A stretch of DNA of 64,000 nucleotides from Macrostomum lignano. Its lineage: Eukaryota. Below the pieces are notes generated by a model that ran no database searches, was not told the origin of the DNA, and saw only the letters and a list, made by a program, of their open reading frames with translations. The stretch spans positions 372,001 to 436,000 of the forward strand of contig NIVC01000759.1 in the NCBI GenBank assembly GCA_002269645.1, read 5' to 3'. Of the stretch, positions 1-10,432 are shown in pieces. The position numbers and the translations under genes are program-made. Every line of letters starts with the position of its first letter. The first letter of the stretch is position 1.

Positions 1-2537
1 GTTCTGCTGTGAACGACGTAGCTCTGCTTGTCAAAGCAAGTTAGCAACAGTTTTTTACAACTATTATAGTTATGGCCATCTGGATTCAAACGTTGCCATA
101 GATCTTGCATGAACTCTGGAAAGTCTGCAAACTCCAGTTGGGATTTCTCCGGTGCCAGTGGCAAGTCACTCGTTTTGTCATGAATTTCGGGTGGGCAAAT
201 CAGGTCAACCTCGACCAGAAATGCTGTTGGCGCATCGTCTGGGTGATTCAAAATAGTGGCATCAGTCCAAGTCATCAGTTCTTCAGGCTCAACCCACTTG
301 AATTCTTTGTAGGGCAGCTGCATTGATAGCGCAACACCGTAAAGATTATTGACATCAAGAGGAATGAGTGATGCTGACTCATTTGCTGACTTCTCCATCG
401 CCACCTGATGTACATTAACAAAACACATACCACCACGAATACCTTCTTCAAACATCCTATACATTGTGTTGTCAGTTAGTACCAGTAGCTCCAGCTTGAC
501 TCCAGTACTTTTCAAAGCCGAAGAGAAGGATAATCCAGGAGTGGATATGAAGTGGACTGGATCTAATCCATCATCTAGAATACTAAGACGCCTGAACGAC
601 TCAAAGACATCAGCAAGCTGCCTAACATCAAGCTGGAGGTAAGCAAGCATGTAGTCTTTTAAATTCGCTGCACCAAATTCATCCCATGCCCTCCTCGCTC
701 GTTCATACTGCTCGGTGGTGCATTCACTCTTTGAGAGGGTGCTGAAAAATTCCTGACGAGGTGGTAGCTCGTTTAGCTCCAAGTCAGCTGTGCTTTGTAC
801 AAACTCATAGGGAAAGACACCTTTGGCTTCAAGAGTGACATCAGTGAGAGTGGGATAGAACTCCTTTAGGGATTCGGTGTGGATTCGTTCATCCTTCGGT
901 AAATCTCTAATAGGAGAGTTTAAACTGCTGCTGAGAAATTGGAAAGAGTCCAAAAATTGGATCGTGGCATAGAGTGGCACAGTTTTTCCTTGAATAACGA
1001 CTTCATTAACTTGCACTTCGGCGGTTAGAGACAGGCATTTCTCTGTCGTAATTGGTACAACACTTAGACGCCAGTGCCTCATTTTTCCCAGTGCTACAGA
1101 AAAGAGAAAATGCATGTCGTAGTTCTTTAGGTTATGGAACAGAACAGGTAAATAGCGTCGCTTTAGCTGAGCAGCAATGTTACACTTGGAGCATGCAGCA
1201 CCTCGAAATTCACCAGACAGGTGATCATGATCCCAAACCTTTAAAATGGTGTCCTCATTGAACTTCTCATGACAGTAATAGCACGTATCGGCTGCTTCAA
1301 ACAGGCTTTGAGCGTTTGGATCAATAATCTTCGGCTGATAACTGTGGCTCCTGTTCCACTCATAAATTTCGCGCGCAAGCTGTTCAAGAGAAAGAAGAAG
1401 TTGCTCAATGCAGTTCTCTGTCGAAGAGGCTGTAAAGGCTTCATACATTGATTTGGAGTCTCTGAGTGCAGGTCCTTTAACACCTGCTCTTTGGACAATC
1501 AGATACCCAGCAGCTGCTGGTGTATGATGAGAAATTTTTTGTAGCCCTGCTGGAATTTCAGTGTTCATGGGAACATTGAAGGACTCCAAATCTGCATAAA
1601 CTACAAATGGTGGAGAAACTGTTTTCTCATAGCTCGTAAAGGACATTATGCTCTTTTCTTTGGTGGGCATAATCTCTTTCACCATACAGCTGTTTGATTG
1701 GTAACAATCTTCACGATGAGCACTAAGACGCTCAGTAGATTTGAAACCTGTCAAGCATCTCTCGCACCATTTTCTCTGGTGCAGTCCATCATGACTATTG
1801 AGCAGACGGTTGAGATTTACAATCCCACACCAATGTCCTTTTTCAGAGTTGTTGGCTTTTGAAAAAAGTAGCAGTGGAACTACGATTCTTCCTTCGGCGA
1901 CTTCTACCTTTGGCTGTCTTAAAACTTCCACTGTTCCATTCTTCCACGTCAGCACAGTGAAGCACACGTTAGAATTTCTTTTCTCAACTTGTTCAAGGCT
2001 GCTAAGTTGAATTGGCTTCGGAATTCCTTCCAAATCGAGTCCAGGAAGCCAAGCCTGATAGGATGAGAGTCGGTGAGGAGCCTTGCGAATTCTGTCATCA
2101 TCGTGGTGCAAGACGGCAATGCAAGCGTACAGGAAGCAATCATCACCTGTACTAGGCGGATTTATAACGGCTTGCTTAGCTTTAAGATCTCTTGGTAGCT
2201 CAAACTTGTCAGCATGACCAATATAGTAGCGAATCCGGTCACCGTATGACACAAAAACGTCAACAAAGTTGACACCACCAAGCACCCAGCCGCTACCGTT
2301 TGTATTTAACAATTCAATGACTCTTTCGCAACCATTCACTTGAGTAGTCCACCAGGCTTCAAAGTCATCAGCTGAATCCAACTGCCCCATTGGCACGCTA
2401 ATCCACTTATCCTCTTCAGCCACCATCTCACCTCCTCTCATTCGCTGCATATGTACATTCAATCTCAATTGAGCACGCACCAATTTACTCCTGTCAAGCA
2501 GTCTCTCGGATAGAATACGCTCTACGTTTGACCTCAT
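1..2537 (-). CDS. polB: Protein-primed family B DNA polymerase with C2H2 finger and endonuclease VII domain (Polinton/Maverick/adintovirus type); 3'-partial, runs off window
   Basis: Manual translation gives one open frame from ATG 2537 to the window edge (845 codons). It is absent from the ORF track because no stop lies in the window. Motifs: WCERCLTGFKSTERLSAHREDC, VVYADLES (ExoI), CYYCHEKF..DHDHLSGEFRGAACSKCN (EndoVII), FHNLKNYD (ExoII), FLDSFQFLSSSL, KGVFPYEF, YLQLDVRQLADVFE (ExoIII), RGG, LDVNNLYG (Pol motif A). Confidence 0.9.
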   Translation of the reverse strand, partial: MRSNVERILSERLLDRSKLVRAQLRLNVHMQRMRGGEMVAEEDKWISVPMGQLDSADDFEAWWTTQVNGCERVIELLNTNGSGWVLGGVNFVDVFVSYGDRIRYYIGHADKFELPRDLKAKQAVINPPSTGDDCFLYACIAVLHHDDDRIRKAPHRLSSYQAWLPGLDLEGIPKPIQLSSLEQVEKRNSNVCFTVLTWKNGTVEVLRQPKVEVAEGRIVVPLLLFSKANNSEKGHWCGIVNLNRLLNSHDGLHQRKWCERCLTGFKSTERLSAHREDCYQSNSCMVKEIMPTKEKSIMSFTSYEKTVSPPFVVYADLESFNVPMNTEIPAGLQKISHHTPAAAGYLIVQRAGVKGPALRDSKSMYEAFTASSTENCIEQLLLSLEQLAREIYEWNRSHSYQPKIIDPNAQSLFEAADTCYYCHEKFNEDTILKVWDHDHLSGEFRGAACSKCNIAAQLKRRYLPVLFHNLKNYDMHFLFSVALGKMRHWRLSVVPITTEKCLSLTAEVQVNEVVIQGKTVPLYATIQFLDSFQFLSSSLNSPIRDLPKDERIHTESLKEFYPTLTDVTLEAKGVFPYEFVQSTADLELNELPPRQEFFSTLSKSECTTEQYERARRAWDEFGAANLKDYMLAYLQLDVRQLADVFESFRRLSILDDGLDPVHFISTPGLSFSSALKSTGVKLELLVLTDNTMYRMFEEGIRGGMCFVNVHQVAMEKSANESASLIPLDVNNLYGVALSMQLPYKEFKWVEPEELMTWTDATILNHPDDAPTAFLVEVDLICPPEIHDKTSDLPLAPEKSQLEFADFPEFMQDLWQRLNPDGHNYNSCKKLLLTCFDKQSYVVHSR

Positions 2538-2917
2538 AGCTGCTACGCTGGTGAATGCATCTGGAGTAGCCTGATGATCACCCTGCCCAGGTTCTGCTTG
2601 CTGGCGTTGCTGTTGTCGAATTCGAATGGATTCGAGGACTCCATTGTGTGCACTGATGATTCTGTTTGTGAAGTTCCCACCTGCATTTTTAAAAAGGTTG
2701 TTGCAAACTCAAATTATTCTAAGAGTTCACTTTTTCGTGCATTTTGAACTTTAATACTCAGACTTATACTCATTTAATGATATGAATTCTTTTATTTTTT
2801 CAGATTTAGATTATTTCCTTATAATTTATCATGAAGCAGTTCATATTGGCTAAGCTATAGGAAGCTTTAAATTCTTTTCATCGAGAGAATTTTGCAAAGA
2901 ATCCGATTTTTCGCTCG

Positions 2918-4210
2918 TTATTGGTTAAGATCATGATAATTAAGCTCAGAAACACAACTAACTTTAGGAGAAAACTTGCTCATACCTTCATTTTCAACGT
3001 TGTCTTTATTCTCCATGTGACCTGCGATGCTGGTGGTGGTGGTGGTGCTGGTGTTTGTGGCAGTGCTGCTGCTAGCATCAGTTGGCTCAGACAAGTCTTC
3101 CTTGGGCTCAGACCAGTCTACTTCTTCTTCATCTGACTCAGACCAGTCTTCTTCATCTGACTCAGACCAGTCTTCTTCATCAGACTCAGACCAGTCTTCT
3201 TCATCTGACTCAGACCAGTCTTCTTCATCAGACTCAGACCAGTCTTCTTCATCTGACTCAGACCAGTCTTCTTCATCTGACTCAGACCAGTCTTCTTCAT
3301 CTGACTCAGACCAGTCTTCTTCATCTGACTCAGACCAGTCTTCTTCATCAGACTCAGACCAGTCTTCTTCATCAGACTCAGACCAGTCTTCTTCATCTGA
3401 CTCAGACCAGTCTTCTTCATCAGACTCAGACCAGTCTTCTTCATCAGACTCAGACCAGTCTTCTTCATCAGACTCAGACCAGTCTTCTTCATCTGACTCA
3501 GACCAGTCTTCTTCATCAGACTCAGACCAGTCTTCTTCATCAGACTCAGACCAGTCTTCTTCATCAGACTCAGACCAGTCTTCTTCATCTGACTCAGACC
3601 AGTCTTCTTCATCAGACTCAGACCAGTCTTCTTCATCAGACTCAGACCAGTCTTCTTCATCAGACTCAGACCAGTCTTCTTCATCAGACTCAGACCAGCC
3701 TTCTTCATCAGACTCAGACCAGTCTTCTTCATCTGACTCAGACCAGTCTTCTTCATCTGACTCAGACCAGTCTTCTTCATCAGACTCAGACCAGTCTTCT
3801 TCATCAGACTCAGACCAGTCTTCTTCATCAGACTCAGACCAGTCTTCTTCATCAGACTCAGACCAGTCTTCTTCATCTGACTCAGACCAGTCTTCTTCAT
3901 CTGACTCAGACCAGTCTTCTTCATCTGACTCAGACCAGTCTTCTTCATCAGACTCAGACCAGTCTTCTTCATCAGACTCAGACCAGTCTTCTTCATCTGA
4001 CTCAGACCAGTCTTCTTCATCTGACTCAGACCAGTCTTCTTCATCAGACTCAGACCAGTCTTCTTCATCTGACTCAGACCAGTCTTCTTCATCTGACTCA
4101 GACCAGCCTTCGTCATCCGTCTCAGACCAGTCTTCTTCTTCTTCACAAAACTCAGACCAGCTCTCATTGGTCATAGGCCAATCTTCGCCAGACTTAGCGT
4201 AGTCCACCAA
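2918..4210 (-). CDS. Hypothetical highly acidic repeat protein (EEDWSESD)n, probable Polinton accessory ORF
   Basis: 430-aa ORF, co-oriented with polB, with unique N- and C-terminal flanks around about 42 copies of a 24-bp unit. The true start may be the ATG at 4174. Confidence 0.45.
   Translation of the reverse strand: MVDYAKSGEDWPMTNESWSEFCEEEEDWSETDDEGWSESDEEDWSESDEEDWSESDEEDWSESDEEDWSESDEEDWSESDEEDWSESDEEDWSESDEEDWSESDEEDWSESDEEDWSESDEEDWSESDEEDWSESDEEDWSESDEEDWSESDEEDWSESDEEDWSESDEEGWSESDEEDWSESDEEDWSESDEEDWSESDEEDWSESDEEDWSESDEEDWSESDEEDWSESDEEDWSESDEEDWSESDEEDWSESDEEDWSESDEEDWSESDEEDWSESDEEDWSESDEEDWSESDEEDWSESDEEDWSESDEEDWSESDEEDWSESDEEDWSESDEEDWSESDEEDWSESDEEDWSESDEEEVDWSEPKEDLSEPTDASSSTATNTSTTTTTSIAGHMENKDNVENEGMSKFSPKVSCVSELNYHDLNQ
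3110..4135. repeat. 24-bp tandem repeat GACCAGTCTTCTTCATC(T/A)GACTCA
   Basis: Directly visible; units differ almost only at one T/A position. Confidence 0.95.
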
Positions 4211-5010
4211 AACTGGAGCGCCTTGAATGGACTGGAAGTGTTTTCAAATCAAAACAAAACCCATATTTCATTTAAATATGCAAATTTAATGATTAAGTTT
4301 ACTTATTCGCGCTAAGAGCTTGCAATCAAAAGCGTTATACAGTTGTCTAACAGACTTGCCACTTTTAATTATTATTCAGAAAAAATCCACTGATTTTTTT
4401 AATTTGCGAATCAAATCACACAGAATCTATTTATCTATGAGCGTACTTATCTAGATCCATATTTTATAAAGAAGTAAAGCAAAAACTTTGAAAACTCACT
4501 TTCACTGTAGCTAATTTACTAGCAAGTTTATTTTGATTCAGTAGGGCATGCAATGTTTATTACCCGACAATTAACAGCTGGATACATTGAAATTTGATTT
4601 GGTTTGATTCACGCTTATCTCGAAAAGCTTCATTTGAAATTGCAGCATGCATGCAGAAGTTTAAAGAACACTGAGCAAGAGTTCGAAACATTAAATAAGT
4701 TTATTAAGCAATTATATTAGGTGAAAAGTACATCATAAAAACCATTTAATCAACCTATATCCCCTATAGCAACACACCCTAGCATTTGAAGTAGTCCTGA
4801 AAACCATTACGAGCAAAACAGAAGCTGATATGGGTTTCGTTTGAATATTAATATTTGGATAGTGCACACACACATTTCTTTTTCTACTCCAATATCCTCA
4901 TGAATGCTTTACCAACCCACAGTTCTAATATATTGTAACCAACGTCCACACTCCACACCAACCCAAATAAAAACGAATTTGTATGAGTACAGAGAAAATA
5001 AAATAGGAAA

Positions 5011-6396
5011 TTACATCGGGGTAAGAGTGATTTTATTGCCGTCAACTTGCACAACATACCCAGCTCCACTCACGTGCGGCAATAGCAGATTTAAAGTAAA
5101 ATAGTTAGCACCTGCATTTTCATTAATATCAGCAACATTTGCCGGCGTCATCGTCGTCGTTGGCAGGTCGATGGATGCTAGCAGCTCATTGAGCTCATCA
5201 TGACCATTTGCAACAGTAACAGCTGCATCAGTGACTGTGGCTGGAATTTTGGTTGAAGCAGCAGAGTCGGCGCCAACCGGGGCACCAGCAGCAGCAGCAG
5301 CAGAGTCGGCGCCAACCGGGGCACCAGCAGCAGCAGCAGCTGAGTCGGCGCCAACCGGGGCACCAGCAGCAGCAGCAGCTGAGTCGGCGCCAACCGGGGC
5401 ACCAGCAGCAGCAGCAGCAGAGCCGGCGCCAACCGGGGCACCAGCAGCAGCAGCAGCTGAGTCGGCGCCAACCGGGGCACCAGCAGCAGCAGCAGAGTCG
5501 GCGCCAACCGGGACACCAGCAGCAGCAGCTGAGTCGGCGCCAACCGGGACACCAGCAGCAGCAGCTGAGTCGGCGCCAACCGGGACACCAGCAGCAGCAG
5601 CTGAGTCGGCGCCAACCGGGGCACCAGCAGCAGCAGCAGAGTCGGCGCCAACCGGGACACCAGCAGCAGCAGCTGAGTCGGCGCCAACCGGGACACCAGC
5701 AGCAGCAGCTGAGTCGGCGCCAACCGGGACACCAGCAGCAGCAGCTGAGTCGGCGCCAACCGGGACACCAGCAGCAGCAGCTGAGTCGGCGCCAACCGGG
5801 ACACCAGCAGCAGCAGAAGCAAAGCCGTCAAGTTCGATGTCCTCCTCCATCTCGTCGCCTTCTTCTTCAATCATCGAACTATCGATTTGAACCATTTGCT
5901 TGCCTCTTATGGATGGAGCACGTCTAATAGGTACAATGGCTTGCACTGCGTCAGCTGTCTCAGTTTCCATTCCATTGTTTGGCTGAGGAAGTATCGAGGG
6001 TTCTCTAGTATTTACGTCTACGAACTCATCGCTGGAACTTAGGCTGTCGTTTCGAGCTTGAATTACACCATTAATTACTTGACTGAGCACGCTCGATCGC
6101 TGCTTGGCTGCTGCCACTTCCGCCGTTTGATGCTCCATGTGTCGCCTCGCCGCTCCCATTACCATTCGTCGAAAAGATCGCGCTGTGTCTTTAGTCCCAG
6201 GCAGCAATTGGTGACCCCGATGAGCCTTAGATTGCTTAGCGCTCTTCTTCGCTTCATATAGAGAAACCTTTGAGCACTGCCAGCAGACACTCCACTTCGT
6301 CACGTTCGTGCAGTTTTTATGTCGATCCGGTCGGAGTCCACCTTGTTTGCATTTTTTACAAGTCATGCACACCTCGTATTGCCAATCGGACGACAT
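5011..6396 (-). CDS. Hypothetical protein: Cys-rich N-terminus (CxxCxxC...C...CxxC) plus (GVPVGADSAAAA)n repeat; probable Polinton accessory ORF
   Basis: 461-aa ATG-started intronless ORF with long unique coding flanks, co-oriented with polB. Confidence 0.6.
   Translation of the reverse strand: MSSDWQYEVCMTCKKCKQGGLRPDRHKNCTNVTKWSVCWQCSKVSLYEAKKSAKQSKAHRGHQLLPGTKDTARSFRRMVMGAARRHMEHQTAEVAAAKQRSSVLSQVINGVIQARNDSLSSSDEFVDVNTREPSILPQPNNGMETETADAVQAIVPIRRAPSIRGKQMVQIDSSMIEEEGDEMEEDIELDGFASAAAGVPVGADSAAAAGVPVGADSAAAAGVPVGADSAAAAGVPVGADSAAAAGVPVGADSAAAAGAPVGADSAAAAGVPVGADSAAAAGVPVGADSAAAAGVPVGADSAAAAGAPVGADSAAAAAGAPVGAGSAAAAAGAPVGADSAAAAAGAPVGADSAAAAAGAPVGADSAAAAAGAPVGADSAASTKIPATVTDAAVTVANGHDELNELLASIDLPTTTMTPANVADINENAGANYFTLNLLLPHVSGAGYVVQVDGNKITLTPM
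5260..5820. repeat. 36-39-bp GC-rich tandem repeat (GAGTCGGCGCCAACCGGG(A/G)CACCAGCAGCAGCAGC...)
   Basis: Directly visible inside ORF 5011..6396; unit length varies by whole GCA triplets, so the frame is preserved. Confidence 0.9.
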
Positions 6397-7599
6397 TCTA
6401 ATTTGAAATTATTCACTAATAATCGCTACTTGATCTTCAGCTGCTGCTCCTCTCTATTTATATTCTTTTCAAATTTACTATCAGCAGTAACGGGCCAGCA
6501 GATCTTATATAGGATCCAGTTCAATGCATAGCGTTATACGTTTATAATGGTCTTTTATTCACAAGTAAATACAAGCAGCCAGTGTAGACTCCATATACCC
6601 TCGGCCTCAAGTTTAAATTATCTTATAAAAACAAAAGGGCCCATTTCATCCTTTTTCAAAACGTTATGCCGACGCATGCATAATACAAACCGTTGCTTTA
6701 TGACGAAAACAACTTGGAATATAATCTTAACAGTAATTTTCCAAAACTTTATTGCCCCTATCGAGCCAGCCAGACAACCCCGATATCACTTCGCTGCAAT
6801 GCGTTATCTGGAGGGGGCGAAAATTCAAGGCTACCTTAAATCAGTTTACAACTTAATTGATCTCTGAAGAAGGCGCAGCCATACTTTGCAAAAAAGAAGC
6901 TCCAGGCCGAAAGAGTAAGCAAACAAAAACCTGCGAATTGGCAAATTTTTAAAAGCATACGAGCCTATTATAATTTCAGTATCTTCTACTATGCATAAAT
7001 GATTAAAAAACAGTTGCATTTCTATACCATCTCAAAAGTCAGACACAGCCATATACATGCACAGTATACGCGCAGCACCACCATTTATTTTATTCATACG
7101 CGCTTCTCGTTTTCTGCTCCTACCGCTGCTTTATGCTTACGAGTACATGAAATCCTATACATGTAGTTGCAAATGCTCATCCTTCCCCCATACCTGGTAC
7201 TCAGCGAAGGCTTGTAAGTTTTAGGCGATCAGGGCTCTAGGAGCCATCTCTCCAGTACGTAAACCAGTGACGGAATTTCCACGGAATTTCCTGCGGCCGT
7301 GTTCTGCTAACTCCTACTACTGAGTAGGAGTCTGTCTCAGTTTTTCTGAGACAGAAAACGTCTTAGACACGCATGCAGCGTGTCTAATTGCTACGAGCGT
7401 AGTAGTACAAATAATCCAACACGGAACTGAAGGACTGACACATATAAGAGCAGCAGAGGCTAAAATTAGCAGCAAAGTTTTAACAGTTGGAAGATGGTTT
7501 CTTGAGGCGAGGGCGAGGCTATGTTTAGAAGCCCTATTTGCGAAAACGTTCTGCGCACACACGCACAACGATAAAACGGCCCAATTAGGGGCAACTACA

Positions 7600-8290
7600 C
7601 GAAAAACGATAATTGTCAGTTTTCATGCATAAATCTGACGCATCGACCGATGAAGAACGACCTGCATCTGCGCTCGATAGTTCGCCATTTGCTACTGAGA
7701 CGCAGAAGGCAAAGCAGGGATCGCGCGATCTGCTGCTGATATGGATGAAGAGCCGGAGACGCTGGTCGCACGATCGTCTTCTCGCGAACGAGCAACTGTT
7801 CTACTGTTGACCCTGTGCGCAACCGCTGCAGCAACCGAGATTTCCTGCATCGCCGCCGCAAAGCATCTGGCGGCCGTCGTCGGAGTCGTCTTCACTGACG
7901 GTCGGAAGGCGCCGGCGATCTTTGTGCCGTTCAGCCGGAAGGGGTTGCAGTGTACCAGCAGCTGCTGCAGGCTCCTGGACGGCAACTACGTGTGACAGCA
8001 GGATGGAGCTCCATAACGACGAGGCGTTTCCCCAACGGGGCGATGACCGACTACTGGCCTCCCAGCATGTGGCCGCCGTCAACTTCGGACCTTTAATCCC
8101 TTGGATTATGGCATCTGAGCGCACGTGTAGTCCAAGGCCAGCGTTGATTGTCACACGAAATTTTGTCATCGTCGCTGCGACAAAAATGTCCGAGGACTTC
8201 ATTGTTCAGATCAAGCATACCGAGCTTTCCCACAGGCACAGCAGGTTGTGGACAGTGGGGGGGTGATGGCTTGAGGATGTTGCTGATGAC
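7600..8290 (+). pseudogene. Decayed Tc1/mariner (maT/DD37D-like) transposase fossil
   Basis: Frameshifted remnants read IVFS..EQLF (first D region), AAVVGVVFTDGRKAPAIFVP, GNYV*QQDGAP (second D) and YWPPSMWPPSTSDLNPLDYGI* (WPPSSPDLNPLDY motif). Confidence 0.75.
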
Positions 8291-8699
8291 TTGCGCGTGA
8301 AGTTGCATGCTGACTAAAAGTGTTGCTTTTTTGCGAAGTTGCTGCGAGGTGTAGCGAGGCCAGCCTCATGAGACATGAAACTCGTGACTTTTTCGATATT
8401 GCAGCTGATGAATTTATGAGCTTGTAATATTTGAAGTTGCGAAACACGCCCCTCTCGAGTCAGGGGGGTCTATTCACCTTCTAATGTCGTTTTAGGTTTC
8501 TTGCAAGCAGTGAAAGATTAATATAGGCCAGTTTTATTAGTTCTAAAGTTTCCAGACGATTTCTGTTTAAAAAATTACAATTTTTCTAGATGGATCTGCT
8601 TGATAAGGCTCCCCTTATTCACATTGTCGCGCGAGTGAATCAGTAATTTCATACAATTTATCCATTCTCACACAGACATTCTTTACAAACACTCACACG

Positions 8700-9575
8700 G
8701 TATCGCAGTCTCACAGACAGTCATCACACATTTGTCACAGAGTCTCGCACAGTCTCACACAGTCTCACAGAGTCTCACACAGTCTCACACAGTATCACAC
8801 AGTATCACACAGTATCACACAGTATCACACAGTATCACACAGTATTCAACAGTCTCACACAGTCTCACACAGTATCGCACAGTCTCAAACAGTATCACAC
8901 TGTATTACACAGTATCACACAGTATCACAGAGTCATACACAGTCTTACACAGTATCTCACAGTATCACACAGTCTCACAAAGTATCACAAAGTCTCACAC
9001 AGTATCACACAGTATCACACAGTCTCACACAGTCTCACAGAGTCTCACACAGTCTCACACAGTATCACACAGTATTACACAGTATCACACAGTATCACAC
9101 AGTATCACACAGTATTCAACAGTCTCACACAGTCTCACGCACACTGTGTCTCACACAGTCTCACACAGTATCACACAGTATCGCACAGTCTCAAACAGTA
9201 TCACACTGTATTACACAGTATCACACAGTATCACAGAGTCATACACAGTCTTACACAGTATCTCACAGTATCACACAGTCTCACAAAGTATCACAAAGTC
9301 TCACACAGTATCACACAGTATCACACAGTATCACACAGTCTCACACAGTATCACAAAGTATCACACAGTATCACACAGTATCACACAGTCTCACACAGTA
9401 TCACACAGTATCACACAGTCTCACAAAGTATCACAAAGTCTCACACAGTATCACACAGTATCACACAGTATCACACAGTCCCACACAGTCTCACACAGTA
9501 TCACACAGTATCACACAGTATCACACAGTCTCACACAGTCTCACACAGTATCACAAAGTATCACACAGTATCACG
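8700..9575. repeat. 10-bp minisatellite (CACAGT(A/C)TCA)n
   Basis: Directly visible; explains spurious ORF 8732..9658. Confidence 0.95.
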
Positions 9576-10213
9576 CAGATTCACAGACTTCTGAAGTACA
9601 CTCACAGTGTCAGATTTCTTACACATCTGCCTGCTGCTTGCATTTCAGGAGCATGTGAAATGCTTTAAAGTTACTTTCAGTAGCCATAAGCGGAAAAGTT
9701 ACTTTAAATTTCCTGAAAAAATCTTCTAAATCTCAGCATCGGAGTTAAGAGTGCGTCACGCGTCATTGCCGTTCTCGGTCTGGGCTAGGGCTCAGGTTCA
9801 CAGACACTCGAATGCTCATTTTCTTTTCACTGAGTTGAGAACAGTCAACCAACCTCGCCGCCCCTGCAGGCTTTGAGCACAGAGGCAGCTGAGCAGCAGA
9901 AAAAGCTTCGGACGGTAGGGGGTGGCTTCGGGTTGTATGACAGAGATGCAGCTTCGTTTCTAAGAAAACAGACCCCAAGCCCTCTGTTTTTACCAACCGA
10001 CCGCCCGCCCCCCTTCCAGAGCATTTTACTGCGGCAGTCCTGGCCACATGAATAAACTGCAATGAGGGGGGGGGGGTCAAAGCCCTCGCTTGACAACAAA
10101 AATATCATTTTTTTGGATTCGTTTCAACTCAACTGCTTTTGCAGGGTAGCAAGTTCTAGGTCAGTACACTCGTATCGTGACTTACAGTGCATCAGTTCAC
10201 CTGACTCTCAATG

Positions 10214-10403
10214 TGATGTGTTTGGAAATGAAATCGTAGTGTTAATTCGTAAAGTAATTTGTATATTTATTTTCACTCCGAAGAGTGGAATCGTAAGCAA
10301 GCGCAGTTCTGAGAAAACAAAGTTCGTCTGGGCCGTCTCTCTTTCTAGAGAGCAAACGTTAGGAGGTTAGGCCATAGATGTGCTTCGACTAAACCACGCA
10401 TCA
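10214..10403 (-). repeat. 3' LTR of the Gypsy element
   Basis: Identical base-by-base to 14084-14273; TG...CA ends. Confidence 0.97.
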
Positions 10404-10417
10404 TCTTCCCCCTCCTC
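10404..10417 (-). promoter_or_regulatory. Polypurine tract GAGGAGGGGGAAGA
   Basis: Directly abuts the 3' LTR on the element strand. Confidence 0.85.
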
Positions 10418-10432
10418 AAGAGAGTCTCATTC

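Larger units (their letters stand above)
1..7321 (-). mobile_element. Probable Polinton/Maverick-like element, one arm only; right boundary uncertain
   Basis: Intact pPolB plus two co-oriented intronless ORFs separated by AT-rich spacers. A possible ACTACT terminus lies at 7316-7321. Integrase, ATPase and capsid genes are not in the window. Confidence 0.55.

Noticed and set aside
8732-9658. 308-aa His/Thr/Ser-rich ORF
   Set aside because: It is a 10-bp minisatellite translation.
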